Shown here piece by piece: positions 1 to 8,255 of a stretch of 32,000 bases of DNA (position 1 is the stretch's first letter; the number at the start of each line of letters is the position of its first letter). Below the pieces are notes generated by a model. The model did no database searches and was not told the origin of the DNA. It was given only the letters and a program-made list of their open reading frames with translations. A program made the position numbers and the translations under genes. The DNA lies in contig JAMWCX010000001.1 in assembly GCA_023818895.1 (NCBI GenBank), positions 359,789 to 391,788 of the forward strand, written 5' to 3'. The stretch is from Candidatus Omnitrophota bacterium. Its GTDB lineage: Bacteria > Omnitrophota > Gorgyraeia > 2-01-FULL-45-10.

Positions 1-421
1 AATTATCATCGGTAGTAGGCCTCTCAAGTTCTATGAATATCTTACGAACAAAGGGTGAAAATATAAATGCCGATTCCCTCTCAAGCACAATACCCTTGGT
101 GAAATCTTCGGCCTCGTGGCTTGCGTGAGCATGCGCTTCAACCGATTCCTTGGGAACATTAACTTCTAAATCACTCTCGACAATGGCCTGGCAGGCAAGC
201 ACCATCCCCTTCTTCCTGTCAGCGTCACTGATAAGGTTTGAGTATTCGGACTTCACCGTGCCTTTTTTTACGATGAGGCGACATTTACCGCACAACCCCT
301 CACCTCCGCAGGGAGCAGTCAATATTATCCCGGCTTTAGTGGCGGCGGTAAGAAGGTCTGTGCCTTGCGGCACAGATACTTTCTTATCTTGCGGTTGAAA
401 TTTTATAGCGAACTGGCGCAT
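1..421 (-). CDS. 2Fe-2S ferredoxin-domain protein, N-terminal part (probably a RACo/AcsV-like corrinoid activation protein); 3' end runs off the window
   Basis: Absent from the ORF track because there is no in-window stop. My translation from ATG 421-419 reads MRQFAIKFQPQDKKVSVPQGTDLLTAATKAGIILTAPCGGEGLCGKCRLIVKKGTVKSEY...MVLACQAIV and stays open to position 1. It has the plant-type ferredoxin pattern C-x5-C-x2-C...C. The start directly abuts the acsC stop (TAG at 424-422). Confidence 0.6.
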   Translation of the reverse strand, partial: MRQFAIKFQPQDKKVSVPQGTDLLTAATKAGIILTAPCGGEGLCGKCRLIVKKGTVKSEYSNLISDADRKKGMVLACQAIVESDLEVNVPKESVEAHAHASHEAEDFTKGIVLERESAFIFSPFVRKIFIELERPTTDDN

Positions 422-1759
422 CTAATCCTTCCAGCTCCTCAAGTAATTAGTGATTCCGGAGGCTTCACGCGGCCCTACGGAAACCTTCCAGCCGGATACT
501 TCCTCGAGTTTTCCGCTTAAGACCGAGACATATCCCGGTATGGTCACCTTGCGATGCGAGACCTTGCCCTCGATCCCACTCTTTTTTAAAGTATCCGCTA
601 TTTTTTCGGCTGTGAACTTCTCAGCGGCCCAAGCTGTGAGTACGGACATGCCTTCCGAGTCGCAACAAACGATATAAGAAGGAACTTTGCTCGCCTCTAC
701 CTCCGCGGCGACTGTAAAATATGTTATCGAAAAATTCGTGGTTACCAAGACGGGCGATTGTCTGGTGACCTTGCCGATCTCGTAGACCTTTGCTTCAACC
801 TGTACCGGTTTCTGCGGATCCTGATATATGTCCTGCCGCGCGACCAAAAGAGGATAGACAAAGTCCCTGTCTGTATTCTTCACTATGATAATACCGGCAT
901 ATTTTGTCACATAGGTCACGGCTTCGGCAAGCTCAAGGACAGGGTCGCTTTCCTCGGTAAAAGCCATGACTGGATAACCTAAAGGCCTGAAATTCTTTTT
1001 TAATGCGCTGCGGCGTATATATGTAAAATACTGTATCCGCTTGGAAAGCCTCTTCTCGCTAAGATTTATGACTATCTCATCTACGCCGGCCGCCTTCGCC
1101 GTAGTCGTGATCTCGGCTGTCTCTTCAAGGCTCGCGCAGGAAATAGCCATAGGCACACCGAACTCCTTCGCAAGGTTTATGAAGGCCGTCGAAGAGGCCT
1201 TTTCGCCGCAAACTATAAGCGGCCTTTTTTCACGGCATAATTTCAGCGCCTCCGCCATTGTCCCTTCATCATCACCGTATAAGGCTATGGCCAGCTTCGA
1301 GACCGCCTCAACGGTACTAACCGCTGCCAGGAATTTATTCCTATATCCGGATGTGTTTTTTACACAAACGAGATCGGGCCTGATCACTTGCCCGACGCGT
1401 TCAAACCTCAGCTCGTTTATATTCTCTAAAGTCTTACTGATCTCTTCCTTGCTCAACGTATCATCAATAAGAAATCCTATGGCACATGGATGATGAAACT
1501 TCTGCTCGTGCCTATACATCACCGTTTCGTTGCCCACCTCAAATTTCGCGCCTTGGACTCCCACCGTGACAAGCTTTATAGGCGGCTGGCTCGCGCTTTC
1601 AAGGGCATCCCGCGCCTGAGCCGAAACATGAGGACACTTTTCGAGCGAGACCTTCTTCTGGGCAAGCGCCATCGCGAAAGCAAGGCAGGTGGCAAAACCG
1701 CAGTCTTTGCAATTTGTCTTCGGCAAAAGTTTATATATATCAAGTCCCGATAATGCCAT
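422..1759 (-). CDS. acsC: Corrinoid iron-sulfur protein large subunit (acetyl-CoA synthase/decarbonylase gamma subunit)
   Basis: The N-terminus MALSGLDIYKLLPKTNCKDCGFATCLAFAMALAQKKVSLEKCPHVS matches the AcsC/CdhE 4Fe-4S-binding N-terminus as I remember it from Moorella AcsC. I trimmed the track ORF (TTG at 1774) to ATG 1759-1757, which follows a GAAGGGGG Shine-Dalgarno. Confidence 0.85.
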   Translation of the reverse strand: MALSGLDIYKLLPKTNCKDCGFATCLAFAMALAQKKVSLEKCPHVSAQARDALESASQPPIKLVTVGVQGAKFEVGNETVMYRHEQKFHHPCAIGFLIDDTLSKEEISKTLENINELRFERVGQVIRPDLVCVKNTSGYRNKFLAAVSTVEAVSKLAIALYGDDEGTMAEALKLCREKRPLIVCGEKASSTAFINLAKEFGVPMAISCASLEETAEITTTAKAAGVDEIVINLSEKRLSKRIQYFTYIRRSALKKNFRPLGYPVMAFTEESDPVLELAEAVTYVTKYAGIIIVKNTDRDFVYPLLVARQDIYQDPQKPVQVEAKVYEIGKVTRQSPVLVTTNFSITYFTVAAEVEASKVPSYIVCCDSEGMSVLTAWAAEKFTAEKIADTLKKSGIEGKVSHRKVTIPGYVSVLSGKLEEVSGWKVSVGPREASGITNYLRSWKD

Positions 1760-1799
1760 ATAAGCCCCCTTCAATCATAGACAAAACCCTTTCTTAAAG

Positions 1800-3005
1800 C
1801 TACCAATCTCTCGCTGGTTCAGGCATGTCAATAGGTTTCCTCCGCATCTTAACAGATCTTCCGGTTGCCTCTTCGCCCTTGTATCCTTCAAGAAGCATCT
1901 TTGCCTCCTGCTCCGTCATCTCGCCCGGCTTAACCTCGCCCTGTGGAGCCTGGTAGACAGCAAGCCCCGCCTTCTCTTCAGCCTTCGATTCCTTATCCTC
2001 TTCTTCGGCGGCTGAAGGCGCCTCTTCTTCCTTCTGGCCAGCGCCGAAGGCCTCTTTCTTTCTTTCTTCTTCCGTGGCAGGCTCGTCTTTCTTCTCCTGC
2101 TCCCCGCCGGCACCGGAGCCCTCTTTCTTCTCCTGATCCTCCTTCTGCTGCTCTTCTTTTCCCTTGGACTCCTCGGCCTTCTCTTCTTCCTGCCCCTTGC
2201 CGGCCTGGGACTTATCCTTCTCCTCCTTACCCCCATCCTTCTTCTCTTCCTCGCCCTTGGCGCCCTGCGGCTCCTGCCCTTCACCCTGAGGCTTCTGTTC
2301 CTTCTGGCCCTCGCCGCCACCGCCGCCCTTACTCTTCTCATCCTGCTGTTTTTGCTCCTGCTTTTGTTCCTTTTCCTGCTCTTGCTGTTCTTCTTTTTTC
2401 TGCTGTTGCTGCTGATCCTTCTGCTGCTGATCTTCCTTTTGTTGCTGGTCCTTCTGTTGCTTGTCCTGCTGCTGTTGTTGATCCTGTTTCTGCTGATCCT
2501 TCTTCTCTTCTTCCTTCTTCATCTGAAAAGTAGGACTGAGTTCTTCCAGACGTCTTAAGACAAATTCGTAATTGAACTTCGCGTCTTTATCGGCCGGATC
2601 CAGATCTATCGCCCGCTTGTAATATTTCAGAGCCGTCTCATAAAGCTCCTTTGCCTTCTTGAAATCAGATTTCGCCTTTGCTTCACCCTGCCTGTATAAG
2701 GCGTTTCCTATATTGTAATCGGCTTTCTGAATAATGTCCTCTTCGGCAGACGCTATGGCCTTATTGAAATAGTCTATAGATTTAGAATACGCCTTATCTT
2801 TATACAGCGCCGCGCCGGTATTAAAATTGGCGATAGCGGAGCCGGGCTTTTCGGAAAGCGCCTTCTCGTATTCCTTGATAGCGGCTGAATAATTTCCACC
2901 ATTATATAACACATTACCCTTTTTAACATCCTCTTTTTGGGAGGCGGATAAAGACGCTGTCAAGAAAACAGATATGAAAAACGCTGCTAAAACTATCCTG
3001 GCCAT
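1800..3005 (-). CDS. BatC-like TPR protein with a signal peptide and a roughly 185-aa E/K/Q-rich low-complexity region
   Basis: Signal-like N-terminus MARIVLAAFFISVFLTASLSA. TPR-like repeats occupy residues about 30-150 (YNGGNYSAAIKEYEKAL, YKDKAYSKSIDYFNKAI, YRQGEAK...YETALKYYKRAIDLDP). It is the last gene of a MoxR-DUF58-VWA-VWA operon. The ATG overlaps the upstream stop by 13 nt. Confidence 0.7.
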   Translation of the reverse strand: MARIVLAAFFISVFLTASLSASQKEDVKKGNVLYNGGNYSAAIKEYEKALSEKPGSAIANFNTGAALYKDKAYSKSIDYFNKAIASAEEDIIQKADYNIGNALYRQGEAKAKSDFKKAKELYETALKYYKRAIDLDPADKDAKFNYEFVLRRLEELSPTFQMKKEEEKKDQQKQDQQQQQDKQQKDQQQKEDQQQKDQQQQQKKEEQQEQEKEQKQEQKQQDEKSKGGGGGEGQKEQKPQGEGQEPQGAKGEEEKKDGGKEEKDKSQAGKGQEEEKAEESKGKEEQQKEDQEKKEGSGAGGEQEKKDEPATEEERKKEAFGAGQKEEEAPSAAEEEDKESKAEEKAGLAVYQAPQGEVKPGEMTEQEAKMLLEGYKGEEATGRSVKMRRKPIDMPEPARDW

Positions 3006-4012
3006 GGCGCGATCCTCTTGCGTTCTGGAATCATGGGCTCAAGAAACAATAAAAATACCGCCAGGCCAAGAAAATACTGGTATCGCTCCTGGTAATGCTT
3101 GCGCATCTTCGCCTCTATGTCTCTTTTTTCGAGTTTCGATATGCTCTTATCATAAAGCAGCAAAAGCCCAAATTCTGACTGCGTCGCACGCACATAGCTT
3201 CCGCCCGTGGATATCGCTATCTTTTTTAATATCTCCTCGTTAAGCCTCGATTTTACAACCTGGCCGCTGCGATCCGTCAAATACCCTCTACTGCCATCTC
3301 CACCTGTCACAGGAATAAGCTCGCCTTCAGTGCTGCCCACGCCAACACAGTATATCTTTATTCCGAGGTCGGCCGCCTCCTTTGCGGCTCGCAAGGCATC
3401 GCCTTCAAGGTCCTCGCCGTCCGTTATTATCACAAGGACTTTATATTTTGAGTCCGGCCCCTTCAGCACCGATATGGCCTCTTTGATGGCGCAGGATATG
3501 CAAGTGCCGCCGCGTGGAATCGTTCCTATCGTAAGGTCGTCCAAAGCAAGCAGAAAACCGTTGTAGTCGATGGTGAGAGGACATTGTAAAAATGTTGTAC
3601 CGGCAAACGCTACCAGCCCTACCCTGTCGCCGTCAAGCTTTTTCACCAGGTCTTTTACCGCGAACTTTGATCTCTCCAACCTGTCTGGTTTCACGTCTGT
3701 GGCCAGCATGCTTTTCGAGACATCAATTGCTATCAGCATGTCTATTCCCGTGCGCTTCACCTCTTCCCATACGAACCCCCATTGCGGCCTGGCCAAAGCC
3801 ACCAAACATAGGCATACAGCTAATATGATCATGGTCATCTTAGTTATTCTCAAGGCGATACTCATTGATGGAGCGATATCGGCAACCAGCCGCCTGTCGG
3901 CAAAGCGTTCCAACCGAGCCCGTTTTCTGGCAAGCGCCCAAAGATAGAACGCTATAATGGCTACCATTGCCGGCACTATCATCGAAAAATAGCTCTGATT
4001 TGCGTACTGCAT
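2993..4012 (-). CDS. VWA domain membrane protein, BatB-like
   Basis: Two N-terminal TM segments, then a VWA MIDAS motif (IAIDVSKSM), then ...VLVIITDGED. It sits next to a second VWA gene in a Bat-type operon. Confidence 0.8.
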   Translation of the reverse strand: MQYANQSYFSMIVPAMVAIIAFYLWALARKRARLERFADRRLVADIAPSMSIALRITKMTMIILAVCLCLVALARPQWGFVWEEVKRTGIDMLIAIDVSKSMLATDVKPDRLERSKFAVKDLVKKLDGDRVGLVAFAGTTFLQCPLTIDYNGFLLALDDLTIGTIPRGGTCISCAIKEAISVLKGPDSKYKVLVIITDGEDLEGDALRAAKEAADLGIKIYCVGVGSTEGELIPVTGGDGSRGYLTDRSGQVVKSRLNEEILKKIAISTGGSYVRATQSEFGLLLLYDKSISKLEKRDIEAKMRKHYQERYQYFLGLAVFLLFLEPMIPERKRIAPWPG

Positions 4013-4015
4013 AAC

Positions 4016-5014
4016 TTACGGTATCCTAAGAAAGACGGTGTTGGAAAGGACGATCTCTATCGCCAGTATAAAAAGCGCCGGTATCAGGAAGTAGAGAAAT
4101 AGCTCCTCTACTTCCCTATACCCAAAATGTTCGATATTGGACTTCTCCAGTCTATTTATTTCTTCGTATATCTTGCGCAGGGTTTCCGTGTCGCTGGCCA
4201 GGTAATATTTGGCACCTGTCGTCTCGGCTATTTTTTTGAGGACCTCTTCGTCCATCTCAATAGGTATGTTCTTATAGACCGTCCTTCCGTAAATGTCTTG
4301 GAGCGGATAAGGCACCAAGCCCTTCGTCCCGACACCGATCGTATAGATTTTTATCTTTAGGGCTTTCGCGGCCTCCGCCGCAACCACCGGCGATATTGTG
4401 CCCGCGTTGTTGACGCCATCGGTCAGGAGTATTATTATCTTTGATTTTGTCTTTGAATTCCTGAGTCTGTTAACGGAAGTGGCAATGGCCGACCCTATGG
4501 CGGTGGCATCTTCTATCATCCCCACCCGCACCCGCTCAAGGTTTTCGTTAAGCCAGGAATAGTCGGTCGTCAGCGGACAAACCGTATACGCGCGGGCGGC
4601 GAATGCGACCAGCCCTATCCTGTCGTCCTTGCGTTTCTTTATGAACTCTTTTACAACGTCCCTGACGACATCAAAACGGTTTATCCTGGCCGAACCCATC
4701 CTGAAGTCCTCTGCCAGCATGCTGGTCGAGGTATCGAGAGTCAAAACAATGTCCACCCCCTCTGAGATCGTCTTTGTCCCCTCCAATATCGACTGAGGCC
4801 TGGCCAGGGCTGCCAAAAGCAGTATCAGCGCGGCGATCCGGAAGAGTATCATGAACTTGCTCATACTCTGCCGCAGGGTTGGTTTGAGCTCTTTGACAAG
4901 GTCTTCCGATGGGAACGCAAACGTGGGATCCGAGCGCTTTCTGCCAGCCACAAGAAACATAGGCGGTATTAAAAGCAGGAAGAAAAACACCCACGGATCT
5001 TTAAACACGAACAT
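4016..5014 (-). CDS. VWA domain membrane protein, BatA-like
   Basis: N-terminus MFVFKDPWVFFFLLLIPPMF is typical of BatA-like proteins. MIDAS motif LTLDTSTSM and IIILLTDGVNN are present, with a C-terminal TM segment. Confidence 0.8.
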   Translation of the reverse strand: MFVFKDPWVFFFLLLIPPMFLVAGRKRSDPTFAFPSEDLVKELKPTLRQSMSKFMILFRIAALILLLAALARPQSILEGTKTISEGVDIVLTLDTSTSMLAEDFRMGSARINRFDVVRDVVKEFIKKRKDDRIGLVAFAARAYTVCPLTTDYSWLNENLERVRVGMIEDATAIGSAIATSVNRLRNSKTKSKIIILLTDGVNNAGTISPVVAAEAAKALKIKIYTIGVGTKGLVPYPLQDIYGRTVYKNIPIEMDEEVLKKIAETTGAKYYLASDTETLRKIYEEINRLEKSNIEHFGYREVEELFLYFLIPALFILAIEIVLSNTVFLRIP

Positions 5015-5073
5015 CTTCTGCCTTTTCCTCCTCGCAACCTGTTATCCGCAAGACGCCTCTTTTCCCCTCATAG

Positions 5074-5994
5074 TTATGATGCCATGCTCTGCGAGTAGAC
5101 ATCCCTGGTCTCTTCTATAAAACTCTTGGCGGTCAAGTAAATATTTTCTGCCTCGTTACGTGTAGGGGCGTATTTGGCGAACTTGACAAGGTCGCAGGCG
5201 TTCAAAAACCCCCTTAATAGTTCCTTGTGTGCGAGGGAAAGGACGCTTGAGACCCTCAGCGAATTAAGGAACTCCTCGGTCGTCATCTCGGGTGCCTTAA
5301 CAGAAAATACTCGCTCAATATAGCGCCTGACGCAGTCGGAGACTCCAATGAAGTATTCTTTAACATCCCCGCCCTGCAGAAAAGCCGCTTTTATAGCCTC
5401 GAGCTCTTCCAACGCTGTCTCATGCGGAAGTCTTAGCGGAGCCCTCTTGCGCATCTTCCTATATATAATTGCAGCGGTACAGGCCGCCAGAATTAAAATC
5501 GAGGTGCCTATAACAACGAAGAGATTTATCTCTTTAAATGACAAAGGCCCTTTGATATCCTTGATATCGCGCGCAGGCGCTCCTTTAGGCAGGACGCTTA
5601 CTATAGTAATGTCGATGGGCTTGGTCTTAAGCGTAGTCCATTCCTTATCGCCCTTAGGCCTGTATTTTATCTCGACTTCCGGTATGGTCTTCTTGCCAGT
5701 CGAGTAGGCAGCTATCGAGTACCATCGATTCAACGTCCTCCTGCTTAAAAACCTTTTCTTTACAGACGCGCCGCTATCCTTTATCTCGAAGTCGCCGAGC
5801 GCATTATCCTTGAACACCGGAAACTCCGCCTCTGAATTCTTCCCGGACGTTATCTCTATGGCATACCTGATCCTGTCGCCTATAAAAGCGGAATGTCTGT
5901 CAACCGACTGCCGTAAGGCAGGTTGTTCGTCCTTTGCTGACGCCCCTGTCGCCATCAGCGTAAGCGCCAGGAGAGCCGTAAATAATATCCTCAA
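5074..5994 (-). CDS. Secreted/membrane protein of the Bat operon (BatD N-terminal-like region, one TM, DUF4381-like C-terminal region)
   Basis: Signal peptide MRILFTALLALTLMATGASA, a central TM segment (FVVIGTSILILAACTAAIIY), and a position between DUF58 and BatA. The start appears to be TTG at 5994-5992, overlapping the DUF58 stop as TTGA. The family assignment is from memory only. Confidence 0.45.
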   Translation of the reverse strand: MRILFTALLALTLMATGASAKDEQPALRQSVDRHSAFIGDRIRYAIEITSGKNSEAEFPVFKDNALGDFEIKDSGASVKKRFLSRRTLNRWYSIAAYSTGKKTIPEVEIKYRPKGDKEWTTLKTKPIDITIVSVLPKGAPARDIKDIKGPLSFKEINLFVVIGTSILILAACTAAIIYRKMRKRAPLRLPHETALEELEAIKAAFLQGGDVKEYFIGVSDCVRRYIERVFSVKAPEMTTEEFLNSLRVSSVLSLAHKELLRGFLNACDLVKFAKYAPTRNEAENIYLTAKSFIEETRDVYSQSMAS

Positions 5995-6866
5995 TGCCTC
6001 TTCCTCCGCATCCTGAAGAACTTGATCATTTCGTCTATATAGGGCTTGTCAGTGCGCACGTCAATATGGTCGACGCTTATTGAGGCAAACATCCTGGACC
6101 TTTCTTCAATCATGTTGCGAGCCCTTGCTGCGTAGGCGTGCCTTACTTTAGGGCTCGAACTATCAACCAGGAAGAAATTGCCGCTCTCTGCGTCCGCAAG
6201 CTCGATCAGACCGGCGTTTGGCAACTCCACCTCCCGTGGGTCCGTTATGGTGATCGCGATACAATCGTGGCGCTTGCTGGCTATCGCGAGCGGCTTTTTG
6301 AAGCCGCTCGCGAAGAAATCAGAAATTACGAATGTCACAGCCCGCCTTGTCGTAACGCTGTCAAGATACTTTAGAGCGGCGGCGATATCGGTGCCCCGAC
6401 CTTTTGGTTTGAAATATAGAGCCTCGCGGATCACTCTGAGGACATGCTGGGGGCCTTTTCTCGGAGGTATGAACTTCTCTATCCTGTCTGTGAATATTAT
6501 AAGACCGACCCGGTCATTCGATTTTATCGCCGCGAACGCCAGTACCGCAGAAATTTCCGCTGCAAGCTCACTCTTCATCCGCTTCGAGGTACCAAAATAG
6601 GCGGATCCAGACACATCGAGAAGTATCATTACCGTAAGTTGCCGCTCTTCAATATACTTCTTTACGAAAGGATGGCCCATCCTGGCGGTGACGTTCCAGT
6701 CTATCGAGCGTATCTCATCGCCCGGCTGATACTCCCTCACCTCGTCAAACTCCATTCCACGCCCCTTGAAGACCGATTCGTACTGCCCCGAAAGAAAATC
6801 GGTCACTAACCTAGAGGTAGTAATATGAATGCGGCGTATTTTGGAGATTACTTCTTTCGGTAGCAT
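5991..6866 (-). CDS. DUF58 domain protein (MoxR partner)
   Basis: FKGRGMEFDEVREYQPGDEIRSIDWNVTAR is the characteristic DUF58 core. It lies immediately downstream of the MoxR ATPase. Confidence 0.85.
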   Translation of the reverse strand: MLPKEVISKIRRIHITTSRLVTDFLSGQYESVFKGRGMEFDEVREYQPGDEIRSIDWNVTARMGHPFVKKYIEERQLTVMILLDVSGSAYFGTSKRMKSELAAEISAVLAFAAIKSNDRVGLIIFTDRIEKFIPPRKGPQHVLRVIREALYFKPKGRGTDIAAALKYLDSVTTRRAVTFVISDFFASGFKKPLAIASKRHDCIAITITDPREVELPNAGLIELADAESGNFFLVDSSSPKVRHAYAARARNMIEERSRMFASISVDHIDVRTDKPYIDEMIKFFRMRRKRH

Positions 6867-6876
6867 TATTTTGCCC

Positions 6877-7872
6877 TTATGGCACCTTTACTTCCTCGAA
6901 CACTGTCTTCACGATATCCTCGGATGTCTTGTCTTCGGCCTCTGCCTCATAGCTTACAATAACCCGGTGCCTCAATATATCCATACCTATAGTCTTTACA
7001 TCCTGAGGGACAACGTACCCCCTACCCTGAAGAAACGCATATGCCTTGGCCGCAACCGTAAGATATATGCTTGCGCGCGGGGAGGCGCCATATTGTATGA
7101 GCGGCACAAGTTCATTCAGCTTATAAGATTTCGGGTCACGTGTAGCAAAAACGATATCGACGATATATTTTTCTATTCTCTCATCCATGTAGATGTCGTC
7201 AACCACCTTTCTTGCCTTCACAATATCTTCAGGGCCTATTACGGTAGAAACGGATATCCTCTTGTCGGTAGCCGCCATCCGTTTCATGATCTTAAGTTCT
7301 TCTTCCTTGGTTGGATAGCCTACCTTGAGTTTAAGCATAAATCGATCGACCTGCGCCTCCGGTAGCGGATAAGTACCCTCATGTTCGATAGGATTCTGTG
7401 TAGCAAGTACAAGAAATGGCTCATCAAGTTTAAACGTATTCTCCCCTATGGTCACCTGCCGCTCCTGCATGGCTTCAAGAAGCGCGCTCTGGACCTTGGC
7501 AGGGGCGCGGTTTATCTCATCAGCAAGAATTATGTTGGCAAATATTGGACCTTTTTTTGTTGTGAAAGTTCCGTCTTTCGGATTATAGATGAGGGTGCCG
7601 ATTAGGTCAGCCGGCAAGAGGTCTGGCGTAAACTGAAGGCGCTGGAATTTGGTATTGATGGCTTGGGCGAGAACCTTCACAGACATGGTCTTGGCAAGGC
7701 CTGGCACGCCCTCTATGAGGATATGGCCGTTCGCCAAAAGACCCACCAGCAGTCTTTCTATGAGGTATTTTTGGCCTACTATGACTTTTTCTATCTCCTC
7801 TATAAGCTTTGGGATAAAAGCGCTTTCCTTTTTAACTCTTTCATTTATCGCCTCCACTGATATCACCGGCAT
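6877..7872 (-). CDS. MoxR-family AAA+ ATPase
   Basis: Walker A in LIEGVPGLAKT, Walker B in ILADEINRA, and a MoxR-like overall layout of 331 aa. A strong AGGAGG Shine-Dalgarno lies upstream of the ATG. Confidence 0.9.
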   Translation of the reverse strand: MPVISVEAINERVKKESAFIPKLIEEIEKVIVGQKYLIERLLVGLLANGHILIEGVPGLAKTMSVKVLAQAINTKFQRLQFTPDLLPADLIGTLIYNPKDGTFTTKKGPIFANIILADEINRAPAKVQSALLEAMQERQVTIGENTFKLDEPFLVLATQNPIEHEGTYPLPEAQVDRFMLKLKVGYPTKEEELKIMKRMAATDKRISVSTVIGPEDIVKARKVVDDIYMDERIEKYIVDIVFATRDPKSYKLNELVPLIQYGASPRASIYLTVAAKAYAFLQGRGYVVPQDVKTIGMDILRHRVIVSYEAEAEDKTSEDIVKTVFEEVKVP

Positions 7873-7965
7873 AGAATCTCCTCCTTTTTACTTTTAATAG
7901 TTGACGGCCTTATGCAAAACCACCTTGCAGCCTCATTATGCAAATTATTATATAATTATATACTC

Positions 7966-8006
7966 TAGAATAAAAAATCTCAAGGAGGTATTGATATCCT
8001 TGAGAT
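7966..8006 (-). terminator. Rho-independent terminator closing the RNase G / tRNA-Gly transcription unit
   Basis: Perfect 10-bp stem: 7977-7986 (atctcaagga) pairs with 7997-8006 (tccttgagat), with a 10-nt loop. On the minus strand it is followed by UUUUUAUU (plus-strand A-run 7972-7976). Confidence 0.55.
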
Positions 8007-8055
8007 AAACCACCTTCAAAAAGGTCGACCTACGAGGTCTATGTGCTTAGCCGCC

Positions 8056-8116
8056 GCTATTTGGCTTCGATTCCCATTCTGGAGATAGCATTAAACTGGA
8101 GCGGGAGATGGGAATC
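8056..8116. repeat. Direct repeat copy A: a partial copy of the tRNA-Gly 3' end plus 37 nt of its trailer
   Basis: 8059-8116 is identical over 58 nt to 8198-8255, an offset of 139 bp. The match is 61 nt with one mismatch if 8056-8058 is included. Copy A holds the last 21 nt of the tRNA (tggagcgggagatgggaatc on plus) but diverges inside the T-arm. Confidence 0.9.
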
Positions 8117-8194
8117 CCCTCGGCTCGCCAGGGTCTTCGCCTCGGGCCGGCCAAATTGCTTACGGCCAGAGGCCTTTTCTTCCTCTTCGTCAGC

Positions 8195-8255
8195 GCAATT
8201 TGGCTTCGATTCCCATTCTGGAGATAGCATTAAACTGGAGCGGGAGATGGGAATC
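8195..8255. repeat. Direct repeat copy B, overlapping the 3' end of the intact tRNA-Gly
   Basis: Same 58-nt identity block as copy A. Positions 8236-8255 are the 3' 20 nt of the functional tRNA, and 8198-8235 is its trailer. Confidence 0.9.

Noticed and set aside
1916-2341. Same-strand alternative-frame ORF encoding a 141-aa Arg/Lys-rich peptide, plus the plus-strand ORFs 1943-2533 and 2352-2558.
   Set aside because: They are a by-product of the polypurine GAA/GAG/AAG/CAG tract of the BatC-like gene, where a lack of stop codons in any frame is expected. There is no independent start context.
8056-8255. CRISPR array or other multi-copy repeat array.
   Set aside because: Only two repeat copies exist, the repeat contains a tRNA fragment, and no cas genes or further copies are in the window.
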